The notes under the pieces are model-generated. The model was not told the origin of the DNA, searched no databases, and saw nothing but the letters and a program-made list of their open reading frames with translations. A stretch of DNA of 63,167 bases, the filler included, from Octopus bimaculoides (taxonomy: Eukaryota): the NCBI RefSeq assembly GCF_001194135.2. It is 6 parts of 6 records of this genome, joined end to end, with 100 filler letters (N's around TTAATTAATTAA, not from the genome) between each part and the next. Parts side by side here need not be neighbours in the genome. Positions count along the whole stretch, not along the records: positions 37,830 to 54,903 come from NC_068984.1; positions 55,004 to 60,607 come from NC_068981.1; positions 60,708 to 63,167 come from NC_068997.1; 3 more parts are not named here. One strand, written 5' to 3'. Positions 50,950-63,167 of the stretch are shown here, one piece after another. Positions within the stretch are counted from its first letter, which is position 1, and every line of letters starts with the position of its first letter. The translations under genes were made by a program, and so were the position numbers.

Positions 50950-52320
50950 CCTCCTTTTTCAAAATAATCTTCCTCTAATTTTTTAGCTGGTTTTTTGGTC
51001 TTCCACGACAGGCACCTACCATGGTGTAGCTGGCCGTAAAAGACTCTATAAGTAAGAGATGCGAGTCAGACATCCGAACCATCTCAACTGATGTCCGTAT
51101 TGAGTGGATTCAATGTATCTGATGTTGGTTTGATGAAGGGTTTCTGTTAATCCATCTTGCGAGGGAACAGAAAAGATCCTTTGGAGAGACAGCATGTGAT
51201 ATTTACTACGTAGCCACAGAAAAGAGTGCAAACACAAATTTCCTGGAAGTCAAGGACACTGAGAAGGCAGGTGGGGCGGTTGTTTTGAAAGATTCTCTTT
51301 CTGACCCTCCCAAAGGATAAGGTGGCTTGTCTGATGCAGTTTAGAAAATCCTCGTCCAGTTTGCAATCTTTAGAAGTATTACTGCTTTTCTATGTGGATT
51401 AGGAAAGTGTGATGTGTTGTTGCTATTGTAGTGCGAATGTTTGGTGCTTGGATGTCGGAGAATAATTCGGTATGCCATTGATAAATAACTTCCGTTGTCT
51501 AGACAATAAGTGCCGTCGTGAGTACAATGTTCTATCCAGGTCTTAGTGAAAGCCCACTGCCTTCTGACGTTGAAAATGTTAACAGTGACGATAGCATTCT
51601 CTTCCCTTTCCTACCCAACAGAATGGCTACACAGATGAGAGAAATAATATATAATAGCGGAGCCGGTGTACAATCTTGCTCAACACCCATTTTGTGCTAA
51701 AATGATCTGACATCTACTCTCCAACTCGAGCCATTATCTTTCTGTAGAACTGACAGTGATTCGAAGATCCGAGTGAGTAAACTTTCTGAGGACCTCCCCC
51801 ATGACTCTCCTGTTTATACTGTATAGAGCTCCTTACAGACCCTACAATACAATGATCTTGATTTTGTTCGCTGTGATTCTCCTGTTTGGTAACGAAAATC
51901 ATTTAGGATGTGTTTTGGCTTCTACGGAAACCAGACCAATGTTATGAGTTCTGACATTCTTTGGACTTGTGTTATGAGTATGGCCATTGGTTCCAAACAA
52001 TGGTAAGAAACGCTAGTTTCTACTTTTAAAGTAACCAGATTTGCCTCACTTTGCTGACATTGACGACAATGTTTACATCCTGCCATTGTAGATGTAACAA
52101 TTTTCCTCTAACATCTCTATTGGAATATATTGTTGTCCAATGCATTTCTTCACCTTTGATTTGTTAAAGGAAATACTAACGTCAGTTAGCGTTTTTTAAT
52201 AACAGGCCGTTCTCAAAATGCCACCATGACTTGGTTACGTCGATTTAGTGTTCTCAGCGCTCTACAATTTCTGACTGTTCTTTCAGTTGAGTGGTTCCGT
52301 CTGACGGCTTGATTAGCGAT
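50950..52320 (-). mobile_element. Highly degenerate RTE-clade LINE (RT region)
   Basis: IKPSDGTTQLKEQSEIVER; MIFVTKQENHSEQNQD; HFSTKMGVEQDCTPAPLL; HQLRWFGCL, in RTE motif order. Confidence 0.7.
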
Positions 52321-52727
52321 GTGGGACAACTCTTATTTTATCATAAAAATTCTACATGCATAATACAAGTGATTAGCAAATAATATATTTCTTAAGACAT
52401 ATGTGTATATTTGCTGTAGTGTATATATGTATGTGTGCTATGAGAGTACGTATGTTCACATGTGTGTATACGTGTGTATGTATGTGTGTGTGCATGTGTG
52501 GGTGTATGTATGTATAGTCTGTGCATGTTTCTGTGTGTGTGTGAGTGTGTACGAATGTGTATCTGTGTGTGTACATGCGTAGATGAGACATTTATCTTTT
52601 TTGCTTTTTCATTCTTTTTCCCAAGAGATATTTCTATATCCATCTGTCCATCGATTCGTTTGTCCATCCTTCCATTCGTCTGTCCATCATATCGTCTATC
52701 TATCTATCTATCTATCTATCTAGATAT

Positions 52728-52764
<37 letters not shown>

Positions 52765-52784
52765 CGTCAATACGCATAAGTCGG

Positions 52785-53012
52785 CGAGCTGGCAGAAATG
52801 TTGGCACGCCGGGCGAAATGCTTAGCGGTATTTCGTCTGCCGTTACGTTCTGAGTTGAAATTCCGCTGAGGTCGACTGTGCCTTTCATCCATTCGGGGTC
52901 GATAAATAAAGTACCAGTTACGCACTGGAGTCGATGTAATCGACTTAATCCTTTTGTCTGTCCTTGTTTGTCCCCTCTATGTTTAGCCTCTTGTGGGCAA
53001 TAAAGAAATAAG
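52785..53012 (+). mobile_element. SINE M1, full length
   Basis: GGCGAGCTGGCAGAAATGTTGGCACGCCGGGCGAAATGCTTAGCGG ... GTGGGCAATAAAGAAATAAG. Confidence 0.9.
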
Positions 53013-53479
53013 ATACGTCAAATTACTTGAATACCAAAGCATATTCCAGAATATATTGAAACATAAAAAAAAGCGATTGCAATAAAACTCCGATTAACAA
53101 AATTGGAAAATTGTCCTTTAAGACTGGAATATTTCCTTTAGACTACTAATCTTATTAAGTTGGACACTACTTCTCGTTTCCTAATAACTTAAATTCGATC
53201 AAGATAACTAGTTGTGTTGTTACGGGTGGCTGTGATCTTGTTGTCCTTGGACAGTCAACGTTATTCGTTGCTAGGTGATCGATTGACTATTGCTGGGATG
53301 ATGAGTAAATCGATAATTCTACAACGGATAATAAAAGTAGTTGCTCATGTTTTTTTTGCTAAACAACAATTAATCTATATATTCATATTTAGAGTAGAGA
53401 AATGTTTTCCTCCTCGTATCTATGTACTTACCTATATGTGTCTTTTAAATTTAGACATTGATCTCTTCTTGCTACCTCT

Positions 53480-53525
53480 GTCTGTCTATCTGTCTTTCTC
53501 TCTCTCTTACTTTCACTTTCTCTTA

Positions 53526-53596
<71 letters not shown>

Positions 53597-54015
53597 TCTT
53601 GGTGTTATTTCTCTCCCTCTCCCTTTCTCCTTCCTGCCACCTCACTAACTTTTTGTCATGTTTATCGTTTCTTATATTCATTCCTTTTTCTCCTCACACT
53701 TCGCTTTTCTCACCCTCTGTTCTGTGCTCATCGCCTGCGTTCTCATTTTGTATATACCTCACATAAACATTCTATCTCTTTCATTCTTTCTCTTTCTCTC
53801 TTTCTCCTCTCTAGCTTTCTCTCTCTGTCTGTCTGTCTCTCTCTCTCACTCTTTCTCTTTCTCTCTCTCTCTCTCTCACTCTTTCTCTTTCTCTCTTTCT
53901 CTCTCTCTCTCTTTCTCACTCTTTCTCCTTCTCTCCCTCTGTCCGTTTGTTTGCCCGCCTTTCTGTCTGCCCCTTTTGTTTCTGCCTCTGTCTACTTCTT
54001 TCTTTCTCTCCTTCA

Positions 54016-54073
<58 letters not shown>

Positions 54074-54903
54074 CTCACATGTACGCCCACACATACACAT
54101 ACACACATAGACACTCTTTCTGTCTTTCTCTCTCTCTGCGTCTGTCTGCCTGTCTGCCTATCTCTCATCTATTTATCTATCTTTGTCACGGCTACTCTTA
54201 TGTTATTATTCCTATTTCCTCATCTCCCCTTCTCTCTCCCCTTTCTCTCCCTCTCCCTCACTTTTCTCTCCTACTCTCACGCTTTTCTCTCCTTCTCTTA
54301 CCTTTCTCTCTCTCTCTCTCTCTCTCTTTCGCTTTTTTCTCTCTCACTTTTCTCTCTCTCTCACTTGTCTCTCCCTCTCTCTCACTTTTCTCTCTCTCTT
54401 TCACACTCTCTGTCCCTAGCCCTCTCTGTCCCTAGCCCTCTCTCTCCCTAGCTCTCTCTCTCCCTAGCCCTCTCTCTCCCTAGCCCTCTCTCTCCTTCTA
54501 GCCCCCTCTCTCTCTTTTCTCTCACTCACTTTTCTCTCTCTCTCACTTGTCTCTCCCTCTCTCTCATTTTTCTCTCTCTCTTTCACACTCTCTCTCCCTA
54601 GCCCTCTCTCTCCTTCTAGCCCCCTCTCTCTCTTTCTCTCTCTTTCTCTCTCTCTCCCTCTCTCTACTTCTTGCTTAGTCTTTCCTCCATTTCTATACAT
54701 CTTGTACTAATTATACTATTGATAAACAGAATCCAATCTTGAATCATTTGCAATATAAATTTCTTCCTCCGACCAGTCTTACCACAATCCCTCTTCTAAA
54801 TTCTATATCTGCACTTCTTATCTTATTCTCTCTTCCTTGTTTCAACCCCACCTCCTCCCTCTCCCTCCTCCCTCCCTCTCCTCTCTCTCAATTTTCTTCT
54901 CTA
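53480..54903. repeat. About 1.4-kb polypyrimidine (CT)-rich tract with internal duplication
   Basis: Near purine-free plus strand over long stretches; the block at about 54335-54500 recurs at about 54520-54640 (CTCTCACTTGTCTCTCCCTC...CCCTAGCCCTCTCTC). Confidence 0.9.
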
Positions 54904-55003
54904 NNNNNNNNNNNNNNNNNNNNNNNNNNNNNNNNNNNNNNNNNNNNTTAATTAATTAANNNNNNNNNNNNNNNNNNNNNNNNNNNNNNNNNNNNNNNNN
55001 NNN

Positions 55004-55253
55004 TGAGCAGGTATCGCCAAGCTTTTAGCAAAATTTGATGCAGATTATCTGCTCAGTTTTCTCTGTCATGATCAATATGCGACGATCACACGCTACACAC
55101 CTTCCTTCCAAGCACTGCTGTAAAGAGCGGAAGTGAACTAGATCGTTGAAACTTAGTGCGCATGACAGCAGAGTTCAAGTTTAAAATGTTCCAAGCGGCT
55201 TTAGCTTCGTTACTATAGCAACAGTCCAGGTACTTATTGATCAAACCACGTAT
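55004..55253 (-). mobile_element. Mariner 5' end (TIR plus transposase N-terminus), truncated by a gap
   Basis: Minus TATACGTGGTTTGATCAATAAGTACCTGGACT...; MTEKTEQIICIKFC*KLGDTCS matches the mariner N-terminal pattern EQR.CIKFC.KLG. Confidence 0.8.
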
Positions 55254-55262
55254 ACACACACA

Positions 55263-55301
<39 letters not shown>

Positions 55302-56036
55302 CACCTGTATATAAGAAAATGAGCTGTCAAAGAAATAAACAATTAATTATCTAATGAATTTTGTAATTGTTTATTCCTTTATCATCTTATTTTCTTATTA
55401 CCGCTCTGTATTCGACAAACGCTTCGTTCTGAAGCATATGTATATCGAGTTCTGTCACTGGGTTATTAGTATCGCAATGCCGAAGCGAAATATTAGAATA
55501 CATATGTGCATATGTTTGTATGTATATTATGTATGCGTATTATTATGTATGAATGTATGCATGCATGTATATGATAGATTCACGTAGTGATTTCTACATA
55601 AGTGTGTTCTGGTTGTTCAAAAATGAAAATTATCAACTCATTGAAGTACATGAAATACTATATAAGTTGGCATTCAACGGATGGTTTGCTCTTATCGTAA
55701 TCTTCAGGCTAAATCACACGGTAGGGTCCTTTGAATCATCTGTTTACCGGTTTGCCCAATATGTCGCCCGTAATTTATAGATAACCTTTCCTCCTTTATC
55801 CAAAACCATTTAATTTCAGTATCGATCGATGCCTATCTATTGTCACTAGCGCTACGTGTGGAAGCTATATCCTTTTCTATAAATAGGCTAAGCAATTTCT
55901 GAATACTTTCCTCGTGACGGTTATACATACGCTATAATTTTAAAATCCGGCGTTGATGATCTTATAAATTACTCCAGAATATCTGCGGTCTACTGCAAAG
56001 TGTATGCGAAACAGTTCATTATTACTATCGCTTTGA

Positions 56037-56260
56037 AGGTAGCGAGCTGGCGGAATCGTTACTGCGCCGGACAAAATACGTAGCAACATTCTTCCGTTAT
56101 TATGTTCCGAGTTCAAATGCCGCTGATAACGATTTTGTCAGTCATCGTTTCGAGGTCGATAAAATAAGAACCAGTTGACCACTGGGGTCGATGTAAAGGA
56201 TTTCCCCATCCCTAAAAATTTCTGACCTTGTGCCAAAATTAGAAAGGTTGATTACTATCT
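56037..56260 (+). mobile_element. SINE M2
   Basis: GGTAGCGAGCTGGCGGAATCGTT...GAGTTCAAAT...GACCTTGTGCCAAAATTAGAAAGG. Confidence 0.8.
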
Positions 56261-56889
56261 TTATTTTAGTGATGAGATGAGGAAGGACTTGAAACGTCCA
56301 TGGGTTGATGGATTTCAGAAACAGCTGGCGAGTCGATTCCATGATGAGGGTTTCAATTAAGAAGTTGAAATATAATTATTTTACTCACATTGATAATTCT
56401 TTCCGAAAATCATTGAAGTCTCTACTTATTTTTCTCAAAGTTTCATCTTTGAGAAGAAAGCATTGCTATTTTTGTTTCGGGTTTTTTTTTTTTTATCTTT
56501 GGCTGATGCGGGTTGAATGACAGAAATATATGTAGTTTCGAACATAGAGTTCTATATAACTAAGTACTGACTTCAAATTCCTCCAAATCCAACATTCTTT
56601 CTCATCTCTCGTAGCTTTATAATTTCTGAAAACTGACCCCTCGTGGCGATTACAGATACACTATAATTTTTAAATCCGGCGTTGCCCTGCCCTCATTTTG
56701 GCTATATTCTGTGAAAGACCAATACTGTCTTGGTTAGGTGTCAGAAACTGTGTAATTCTGTAATTAATAAATATATTCTGGCAGTGAATTGCATGTTTTT
56801 TTTTTTAGCTTTGACACCCACTAAGATCGACATTACCTTTCATAATTACAGCGCCTATAGTATAAAATACCAGTTGTATCTTAATGGTT

Positions 56890-57320
56890 TCAGATTTTAG
56901 CGCAAGGCCAACAGGTTTTAGAGGAGGGGGCCTAGTCGATTATATCGACCCCAGAACTCAAATGGTCTTTATTTTATCGACCCCGAAAATATGACAGGTA
57001 AAATCAAGCTCGGCGGCATTTCAACTCAGAACGTAAAGCCGGAAGAAATGCCGCTATTCATTTTGTCCGGCGTACTAACGATCCTGCCAGCTCACTGCTC
57101 TCAATTAAATACTCATAATGGTACAAAGGCAACAATTTTGTGGGAGGGGGCTAGTCGATTACATCGACCCCAGAACTCAAATGGTCCTTATTTCATGAAC
57201 CCCGAAAATATGAAAGATAAAATTGAACTCACTGGTATTTGAACTCAGAACGTGAAGATAGAAGAAATGCATTTAAGCATTCTGCCTGGAGTGCTAACGA
57301 TTCTGCCAGCTCGCTGCCTT
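56890..57320 (-). mobile_element. Two tandem SINE M2 copies
   Basis: Copies at about 56890-57090 and 57110-57320 share CAGAACTCAAATGGTC and CCCCGAAAATATGA. Confidence 0.85.
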
Positions 57321-58511
57321 CTATTATATATTAATAATGATGTATCCATTAGCCTAGTTATTTTAGTTCCCATCTAAAGAGAAAACATTCGAAACGCGGT
57401 GGCTATTATGAAAGAAAGTAAACTTTCCGTATAGTCCGAAGAAATCTTTAATATCCCGAGGAATCAAGATTTATATCCTCGTTTGAAGCTATTTCTATTC
57501 ACTTATGTAACACGATTATATGCTTGCTTGAATAAAGCAGTAAATCATGCCTACTCTTTACACAAAAAATGTGGGAAAAAAAGACAGGAAAATATTCATA
57601 ATATGACCTCATCAGGTTAATATTATCTTCCATAATAGAACAAGCTTTCTAACTTGAAATCGGTCAGAGATATTGGCAGCCAGATTAAGAGTAAGCGATA
57701 CTTGAGAAGATTATTGTCGAAACCAGTATATCAGTCTAGAAGAAATGAAGTCAATAAAAAAAAATAGAATTATTCACCACGTTCAACGCCAAACTGATAA
57801 ATCTTGTAAAACGACCGGTATATTTATGCTGCAATTTTGAAATAAAATCCGAGAATGACATGACGCTACTGATATAGTTAAATGAAAGAAATCATATAAA
57901 TGGGGTGGAGATGAGTGAATGTGTGTGTGTATGTATGTGTGTGTATGTGTGTGTGTGTGTGTGTGTGTNNNNNNNNNNNNNNNNNNNNNNNNNNNNNNNN
58001 NNNNNNNNNNNNNNNNNNNNNNNNNNNNNNNNNNNNNNNNNNNNNNNNNNNNNNNNNNNNNNNNNNNNNNNNNNNNNNNNNNNNNNNNNNNNNNNNNNNN
58101 NNNNNNNNNNNNNNNNNNNNNNNNNNNNNNNNNNNNNNNNNNNNNNNNNNNNNNNNNNNNNNNNNNNNNNNNNNNNNNNNNNNNNNNNNNNNNNNNNNNN
58201 NNNNNNNNNNNNNNNNNNNNNNNNNNNNNNNNNNNNNNNNNNNNNNNNNNNNNNNNNNNNNNNNNNNNNNNNNNNNNNNNNNNNNNNNNNNNNNNNNNNN
58301 NNNNNNNNNNNNNNNNNNNNNNNNNNNNNNNNNNNNNNNNNNNNNNNNNNNNNNNNNNNNNNNNNNNNNNNNNNNNNNNNNNNNNNNNNNNNNNNNNNNN
58401 NNNNNNNNNNNNNNNNNNNNNNNNNNNNNNNNNNNNNNNNNNNNNNNNNNNNNNNTGTGTGTGTGTGTGTCTGTGTGTGTGTGTGTGTGTGTGTCTGTGT
58501 GTGTGTGTGTG

Positions 58512-59030
58512 TAAAGTTGGACCGAAAGTAATGCAAGACCAGACAACTTCTTTTTTAAACGACATTCGGTCATTCAAAGTACACACGTTGGTAGAGTAAT
58601 TCTTTCTCTATACAGAGATATTGTCTAACTTAGTCTCTATACGAAAGCAATGCGTTTGCACTATCGTTAAACCAAACTCCCGAAACCTCTTTAAAAGAAA
58701 TTCAAGGTTGCATTGTTATATCCACTTAATTACAGCCACTTTCACCTCGTCTGTGTCATCAAATCGTTGTCGCCAAAGACTGTCCTTCAGATGGAAGTTG
58801 AGGAATCGCTAAATCCGAGCTCTATGGTCGATGGGAGGCCACTGACCAACCCAATTTGCAAACTGCGGTTGCTCTTTCTCATTGTGAATGCGGACATGAT
58901 TTTCAGATTTTTGTTAGGCCTCTTCCTCCAAATGGCTTTTGTCTAAGCTTTTTGTGTGGCTCTGGTTGTTCACAGTGCAGCCACATTCCAGAAAATCAAA
59001 GCGAACGAGGCCTTTCTCAATGACTTTCTT
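58512..59030 (-). pseudogene. Degenerate mariner transposase 3' remnant
   Basis: HLKDSLWRQRFDDTDEVKVAVIKW; TIR-like AAGTTGGACCGAAAGTAATGCA next to the GT array. Confidence 0.6.
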
Positions 59031-59112
59031 TGCCGATCATTGCAATTTGAATGACCTGTGTCATTTAATAAAGACGTTATGTCCACTTTTGCATTACTCT
59101 CAGTAGAACCCT

Positions 59113-59244
59113 CACATATTTTGCTGTGTCTAGAGTGAGTCATTATGCCAATATTATTAACACACACACTACTTCAGTTCCATTCTAGTTCATGTGTTAA
59201 TAATGTTGGCATAATGACTCACTCTAGACACAACAAAATGTGTG
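59113..59244. repeat. 132-nt hairpin (52-bp arms, 28-nt loop)
   Basis: Arms 59113-59164 and 59193-59244 differ at only three positions. Confidence 0.9.
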
Positions 59245-59373
59245 TCAACACACGAATTCACGTAAAGAATTTTGCAAACCAGATACAAAATCCTCGTATA
59301 TATGTATGTGTGTGTGTATGGATAGATGATGGATGGATAAATATATCTGTATACATGTGTGTGTGTGTGTGTG

Positions 59374-59423
<50 letters not shown>

Positions 59424-60699
59424 NNNNNNNNNNNNNNNNNNNNNNNNNNNNNNNNNNNNNNNNNNNNNNNNNNNNNNNNNNNNNNNNNNNNNNNNNNNNN
59501 NNNNNNNNNNNNNNNNNNNNNNNNNNNNNNNNNNNNNNNNNNNNNNNNNNNNNNNNNNNNNNNNNNNNNNNNNNNNNNNNNNNNNNNNNNNNNNNNNNNN
59601 NNNNNNNNNNNNNNNNNNNNNNNNNNNNNNNNNNNNNNNNNNNNNNNNNNNNNNNNNNNNNNNNNNNNNNNNNNNNNNNNNNNNNNNNNNNNNNNNNNNN
59701 NNNNNNNNNNNNNNNNNNNNNNNNNNNNNNNNNNNNNNNNNNNNNNNNNNNNNNNNNNNNNNNNNNNNNNNNNNNNNNNNNNNNNNNNNNNNNNNNNNNN
59801 NNNNNNNNNNNNNNNNNNNNNNNNNNNNNNNNNNNNNNNNNNNNNNNNNNNNNNNNNNNNNNNNNNNNNNNNNNNNNNNNNNNNNNNNNNNNNNNNNNNN
59901 NNNNNNNNNNNNNNNNNNNNNNNNNNNNNNNNNNNNNNNNNNNNNNNNNNNNNNNNNNNNNNNNNNNNNNNNNNNNNNNNNNNNNNNNNNNNNNNNNNNN
60001 NNNNNNNNNNNNNNNNNNNNNNNNNNNNNNNNNNNNNNNNNNNNNNNNNNNNNNNNNNNNNNNNNNNNNNNNNNNNNNNNNNNNNNNNNNNNNNNNNNNN
60101 NNNNNNNNNNNNNNNNNNNNNNNNNNNNNNNNNNNNNNNNNNNNNNNNNNNNNNNNNNNNNNNNNNNNNNNNNNNNNNNNNNNNNNNNNNNNNNNNNNNN
60201 NNNNNNNNNNNNNNNNNNNNNNNNNNNNNNNNNNNNNNNNNNNNNNNNNNNNNNNNNNNNNNNNNNNNNNNNNNNNNNNNNNNNNNNNNNNNNNNNNNNN
60301 NNNNNNNNATATATATATATATATATATATATAAATTAGAAATAATACATTTCTAAATCTCTCAGAGAAACTTAAGCAGTAGTGATGCGATAAAGTAGTT
60401 GTGCTATCAACTGAACGTGACAGTCCCAATAAGGGAATACACTACTGCTATTTAGCCCTAGGAAGCTGGACCGCTTCCTGTCGGCCTTGACACATTTCCT
60501 GTGTCCTTATGTTTGCGAGGGGGAGACAAACTCCTCCACCCAGCCCAGCCTGCATTCAGGGACATGTTTCTGAGTTTGTGCTCGTCATCAGCCTGAAGTA
60601 GCATGACNNNNNNNNNNNNNNNNNNNNNNNNNNNNNNNNNNNNNNNNNNNNTTAATTAATTAANNNNNNNNNNNNNNNNNNNNNNNNNNNNNNNNNNNN

Positions 60700-61172
60700 N
60701 NNNNNNNGATTTAGGTCTCACAGCATATTTCCAAAGGTCTTGGTCAGAAGTCATCGCCTCAGTGAGGCCCAATGTTTGAAGGTCTTGCCTCACCACCTCA
60801 GCCCAGGTCTTCCTGAGAGTCCCTTTGTCGCCAGCAGAGGTAAGAGCTCTCTGAACTTTGCCCAGGCTATTCTTATTCTAGCAGCTACACTTTCAGCGCA
60901 CCCACCCCCACTACTAACTTGGTCGCCCAGATAGCGGAAGCTATCAACTACCTCTAGTGTTTCTCCCTGGAATGAGACAGAAGTTGTTTTCTGCATATTT
61001 ACAGTCTTTATTGCACCTGAACATCTGCCACATACAAAAAGTAACTTCCTAGTTAACCTGCCTTTGATATTGCTGCACCTCTTATGTGTCCAAAGCTTGC
61101 ACTGGGTACATCTTATAGAGTTTCTACCTCCATCTTTTCTACAAATCGAGCAGGGCCATCTACCTGAAGTGG
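60700..61172 (-). mobile_element. RTE-clade LINE 3' fragment with a PHD-type finger and an internal deletion
   Basis: GRWPCSICRKDGGRNSIRCTQCKLWTHKRCSNIKGRLTRKLLFVCGRC...LEVVDSFRYLGDQVSSGGGCAESVAARIRIAWAKFRELLPLL, then fused to the C-terminal KTWAEVVRQDLQTLGL. Confidence 0.85.
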
Positions 61173-61267
61173 TGTGTGTTTTCTCTACCTTTCTACTTAT
61201 ATAACACTTTTAAATATTTACTTAGGCAAGTAATTATTTTTTATAAAAATTAATAACTTCTTTGAAT

Positions 61268-63056
61268 TTACTTTTTTTGAGAAAGCATTTTGATATCAGA
61301 CTCTAACATAGTAGTTTTTAGTTTCAATTTGTCCTCCAAATACTCATGTGTCAACTGCATTCTCAGCAAATTCTTGATCTGCATCAAATACAAGAATGTG
61401 GATTCACAACAGTATGTTAAAGAAAAGCAGGAAATTAGTTGGCGTGCATGTTCACAAAGATGAGAATATTCTACCGCATTTTCCCAAATTTCGATGGGAT
61501 TTTCCCACTTGTCAAACAGAGATTTCAGGATATTATCTTCAGACATCTCAATAAGCTCCATTTGTAACTCTTCGGGAGCCTCTGATAAATCAACTAAATG
61601 AGGCTGAAAAGCAAGTTTCAGAGTGATGTTATGTTTTTCAAAATCATTGAATCTTTTATTGTATTCTTCTATAAATGAGTCTAAAACTGACTCATATTCT
61701 TCAAAAGATTCATAGATATCTTCATTTTCACTCATTACCTTCATAAGCTGAGGAAAGTGTTCTACTAAAAGTTTTGATTGAGCCAAAAGGAACTTGAAAA
61801 ATGACAATTTTTTTCTAAATGCCCAAATTTTTTGCCACATATCATAAGTACATTTATTTTTGCCTTCCAACAAAATATTTAACTCATTTTGTTTTGACAT
61901 CACATCACATAAAAATGCAAAATCTCTGTAAAAATTTGGATTTGATAAATCACAAACAATGTTTATTGTTTTCTTTGAAAAAGTAAATTATTTTCCTTCG
62001 TAAAGACAAAATTTTGACCATTATTTTCCCTTGATAACCAGTGTACTTTTGAGTGATAAGGCAAATCCACATTAATTACTTCATCCATTATCAGCATGTT
62101 TTGAAATTGAAGATGCTTCAGAGCATTTGTTTGTATATAGTTTACAATACTTACAACCTTCTGCAAAGTGTCATTTAAAATGACAAATTTTGCACAGAGA
62201 TTTTGCTAATGTAAAATACAATGAAAAGAAATCAGTACATTTGGTTCTTTGGTTACTCTTTTAAGATGTGCAATAAATCCTTCATTCTCTGCCATCATAG
62301 CTGGAACACCATCCATGTACACACCAAATTAGTAAAATTTAGTCCTACTTTATGACCATTACTCTTTGAAGTTGTTAAAAATATCTATCCCTTGCATCCT
62401 TCCTTTAAGAGTGCCTAAAGCAAATAATTCTTCATATAATTCAAAATCATCAGTTATACCACGAATAAAATACAATATTTGTGCCGAATCTGTGGAATTT
62501 GTTGATTCATCCAAAGCTACTGAGCAATATACATTTTCTTTTTGGATTATATTTTTCAATTGCTATCTTACATTACAGGCCAATTCATGCTGTCAAGCTG
62601 TATTAGTCCTAGAGGCATTGCTTTATATTTGTTAACTTTATTGGGATCTAAACATCCTACCACTTCTAAAATACATTCCTTTATGAGTTCTGTGTCACTG
62701 AATGGCTTACCTTTTTTTCCAAGCACATATACTACTTATATTTCTGTCATAGCATTCCCTTGATGCAACACAGATTGGAAAAACTGTCTTTGCTTTTGTT
62801 TTCTATCTTTCAATTTCTGCAATGCTATCTTTTGAGACTCACCCTCTAATTTGGCATATTTATTCTCTTTATGAAGAGCATAATGTTGCTGTGCATTGAA
62901 TTTCTTAACCATTACATCTGCGGTATCACAAAACAAGCAATTATTTACTAAAAAATATTGCAATTCCCATTCTTCATTTGAAGATCCTGTTTTCTTCTTT
63001 ATATATTTACATATACACACGCTAATATACGACTTATAATCCCCAATCCTGTTCAT
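61268..63056 (-). pseudogene. hAT (Buster/Charlie, GTF2IRD2/SPIN-like) transposase pseudogene
   Basis: Split ORFs carry EEWELQYF...CLFC (BED-like), SVALDESTNSTDSAQ, MDGVPAM, FHCILH, HSKVHWLS and TYCCESTF (the DDE-associated motifs); stops and frameshifts; no TIRs recognised. Confidence 0.9.
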
Positions 63057-63167
63057 ACAACGACTGGGGCAAACTAGTCGATATACAGCACTTACTCGGT
63101 ATTACCTGTATCCTCTTGGGTTTGGTTAAATCCAATACCCTCCTCAACCTTATATATATATATATAT

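Noticed and set aside
61149-61172. CAGGGCCATC... as the terminal inverted repeat of the hAT element
   Set aside because: It is coding sequence of the adjacent RTE fragment (GRWPCS on the minus strand).

Overview
AT-rich, gapped eukaryotic draft-genome segment. The repeat content (several tRNA-derived SINE families, dense TA/CA/AAT/TATG microsatellites) suggests a coleoid cephalopod, probably Octopus; this is an inference from recalled repeat families, not a search result. No intact host protein-coding gene, rRNA, true tRNA gene or CRISPR array is supported, and most ORFs in the track are microsatellite or N-gap artefacts. The window is mostly decayed transposable elements: Penelope-like elements, R4/Dong-like and R2/NeSL-like RLE LINE fragments, RTE and CR1/L2-like fragments, mariner (DD34D), maT (DD37D), a Buster/Charlie-type hAT transposase pseudogene, MITEs and many SINEs. 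Best leads: (1) an apparently ORF1-only retroelement whose 3' end resembles the tail of one SINE subfamily; (2) that same subfamily sits twice inside the tRNA-like head of a sister SINE with 12-16 bp duplications; (3) hammerhead-ribozyme-like cores in two repeat families; (4) a C4HC3 PHD-type finger inside an RTE ORF; (5) several long near-perfect hairpins. All alignments and translations were done by eye, and boundaries are approximate unless a TSD or TIR is quoted.
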